Source: Eledone cirrhosa
Taxonomy: Eukaryota
Direction of reading: 5' to 3'
NCBI GenBank assembly: GCA_964016885.1
Contig: OZ024740.1
Span: forward strand, 95,046,001-95,110,000
DNA: 64,000 bases
Under the pieces are notes generated by a model. The model worked only from the letters and a program-made list of their open reading frames with translations. It did not search any database and was not told the DNA's origin. A program made the position numbers and the translations under genes. This document shows, one piece after another, positions 61,120 to 64,000 of the stretch; the first letter of the stretch is position 1, and each line of letters opens with the position of its first letter.

Positions 61120-64000
61120 TACATCTACCAAAATATACGGTTGTGTCCAATCCGTATGAAGAACTCAATGCAATCCAAATATCATGAAAAGAGAAGATTT
61201 ATTCAAAATTGTTTCGATGAAAAACACGGGAAAACAGAGTCAAGATAAATTAATAAAAATAATGAATAAAAACAAAGAAACAGTTCCTTATATTAAACAA
61301 TTCATAATTTTACGATCGTTTCTAGGATATATATGTGTGTGTTGGTATGTATATCATATAGATCTATGTAAAATGTTTACAAACTATCAGTGGGAATATA
61401 CATACCTACACATATATATGCTGTCTTCAGAAATAATGATATTTGTTTATTGAAAGAAAACAACAAAGATTTACTATAATAGGTCTGCTTGGGAACAGGT
61501 TTTGAATTGACCAATAGAAAGGTAGTAAGTGGTCAAGATGATAGAATAGTAGTAATATAAATTTAATTTAGGGGTAGAGGAAAGCAGACTTCAGTTTTCA
61601 ATGGAAAAGTATTTTGAATGAAAAGATTATTTGGGTATGAAAATAGTTCAAGCCGGTGAAAGGTACACGAAAATTTGATGTTATAAAAGAATAATGCTAG
61701 TGTTAAGATCTAAGGAGAATAACATTTTACGATAAATGTGTTAGTGAAAAATCTTATTTAAAACAAGGAATTTACATCTATAAAAAAGAAAATAAATTAA
61801 TTTAATTGATTGGTATATTTATATTGATAACATGTATATTAATTCATATAGATATGATAAATAAGAGTTAGATGTAATTGAAGAATGTTGTTAAAAACGA
61901 AAGGGAAAAAAAATAATTGGCGTGGGGGGGGGGGGGTAAATGTATTAGTGAGAAATAACAAATTTATATAGATTACAAGGAATATAGATTCATAACCTGA
62001 AAATAAAATAGTTTATATGTATACTTATTGGTATAAATTTTAGGAAAAGATAGCTGTAAAAGGGAAATAAAAATAATGCAGTTCATTAGTAGTAGAATAT
62101 TAATTATAGGTTAAATAATTTTTTAAAAAAATTTATTATAATAATTTGTAAACTGTATATTAAATAGGTTTATAATATTTAAAAGTTCTTCTAATTTTAT
62201 GATTACATGATGTAATTAATTCCTGTCGATTATTTAATAGGATATCCTTAGATTTCATTATTTTAAACAGTGCCTGGGAACATAATCTACATTCATATCT
62301 ATTATTTTGATAAGGGGTGGCGCTTGTGAGCAGACTCCAGGTCAGTTTATAATCGATTTTTTTTTTCTATAATTATTAATTATTTCAGCTAAGGATGTTG
62401 TATTAGCTAATGCGGCATTTTTAAAACGGTGTTTGTGGGTATTAAATCTTACTTTAAGTTGGTTAGAAGTAGCTCCTATATATGAATAAGTTGAGTCCTT
62501 AGTGTTCATGTTACGTTTATATACTATGTTATTAATAAGGCAATTTACTTTTAATGGACAATTTGGTTTGTTTCTACAATTACAACATCTCGTGAATGTT
62601 GTATCAGAGGAGATAGTCAAATTAGGTGTGGAATTTTCTCGACTTGTTGTATGTGAATGAGATGGTGGTTTGCTGTGGTTTATTTTAGTATTATGGTTAG
62701 TTTGATGTATGGATGGTATATTCATGTTTTTTTTATATTTATATGCATTATAGGCACTTATATTTTGTTGTATATTTTTGGTTGTTGAGTAGGAGAATTT
62801 GACCGTTGATCTATTTAAAATGTGATGCTATTTATAGTTTGGCGGGAAGTCTTTCTCTAGGATAGTAAAATAATTTTTAGGTATATTATCTTTAATTTGT
62901 AGATTAAATAGAGCATTATACCAAGTATCTCGTCTATTACGGTTTTGATGTTGTTTTTTTTATTTTTATACGATGTTTACTAAGAGAATTAGTATTAGTC
63001 ATTTTATTACACATATTTTTAGTTAGATTCATTGATTTAGGTGTTTTAGCCTGATTATTAGGAATTTTGTTATTAACATATATTGCAATATTAGGATGAA
63101 TGGTTTTTTGAAAGTTATTATATTGTATATTAGAACAGTTAGAGAAATTAAGTTTTAAGTTGGTATTTTGGGGTATAGTGTGAGTGGCATTTAGGTGTGT
63201 ATATTTCATTTGGTGTGTGTTGGTAATATTGGGTTGTATGTTTGTAGTATTATTGGTACAAGGTACATATACTAATTTGTTTTTGTGGCCGCTCCTAGCT
63301 AAAGTTTCATTATAAAAGGTCGCATTTTTATCGAATACATCCTGGTTAGATGAAAGGTTAGAAATTCTGAGTGAGATAATATATGCTAGGTTTTTAAGGA
63401 TAGATTTAGGCTGATTAGATTGTGAGTGTATGTAATGTAAGTTTTGGTTAGGTTTATGGTAAGGTTGGTAGATACCCGTAGACAAGTCTAATGTTATATC
63501 AAGGAAATTAACTACTTTACATGTGTTTTCAAAGGTAATATTGAGACTATAATAGTCTTTGAGGAAAGTTCTAATAAGTTTTTTTTTTTTTTTTCAATTT
63601 CTGATAGGCTAAGGTTAGTGGAAAGAAGAAGACAATCGTCACGATATAAACCACCTTTAAGGTGGAGAAAAGAAGCATTTATGTTAAATAGAAGAAAGAG
63701 GCCCACAAGATGTACATTCCATATGTTTTAAATAAGATTGATATTTTTCACTAACACATTTATCGTAAAATGTTATTCTCTTTAGATTTTAACTCTAGCA
63801 TCATTATTTTATAACATCAACTTTTCGTGTACCTTTCACCGGCTTGACCTATTTTCATCCCCAAAGTAATATTTTCATTCAAAATACTCTTTCATTTCAA
63901 ACCTGAAGTCTGCTTTCCTCTACCCCTAAATTAAATTTCTATTTCTACTATTCTATCATCTTGACGACTTACTACCTTTATATTGGTCAATTCAAAACCT
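61120..64000 (-). mobile_element. 5'-truncated PLE (61120-63708) with an inverted 3' UTR copy running off the window
   Basis: GLFLL..GGLYRDD RT motif, thumb, GIY-YIG; 63709-64000 is the reverse complement of about 61497-61780. Confidence 0.93.
61302..61439 (-). ncRNA. Type I hammerhead with 101-nt stem II
   Basis: tcattattt CTGAAGA [101 nt hairpin] GAAAC GATC GTA aaattatga. Confidence 0.72.

Overview
AT-rich, gene-poor eukaryotic DNA, most likely an octopod cephalopod (inferred from an abundant octopus-type tRNA-derived SINE and dense (TA)n microsatellites). No host gene could be supported. Nearly all ORF-track entries are microsatellite translations. The window is a transposon graveyard built on (TA)n tracts: many families of Penelope-like elements (PLEs, RT plus C-terminal GIY-YIG), RTE, CR1-like and Tx1-like LINE pieces, a decayed Gypsy internal region, Chapaev3 and mariner remnants, and about 12 SINEs. 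The main unannotated signal is more than 20 type I hammerhead ribozyme (HHR) motifs read by eye. These include non-canonical cores repeated across copies (U3-A8 'UUGANAA', U4C 'CCGANGA'), stem II domains of 80-170 nt, and two ORF-less HHR-bearing tandem units (about 320 and 541 nt) that look like retrozymes. Insertions repeatedly show head-to-head (twin-priming-like) geometry with reused TA-matched breakpoints. Family letters (A-H, X) are my own labels. Coordinates and pairings were read manually; no activity or novelty search was run.
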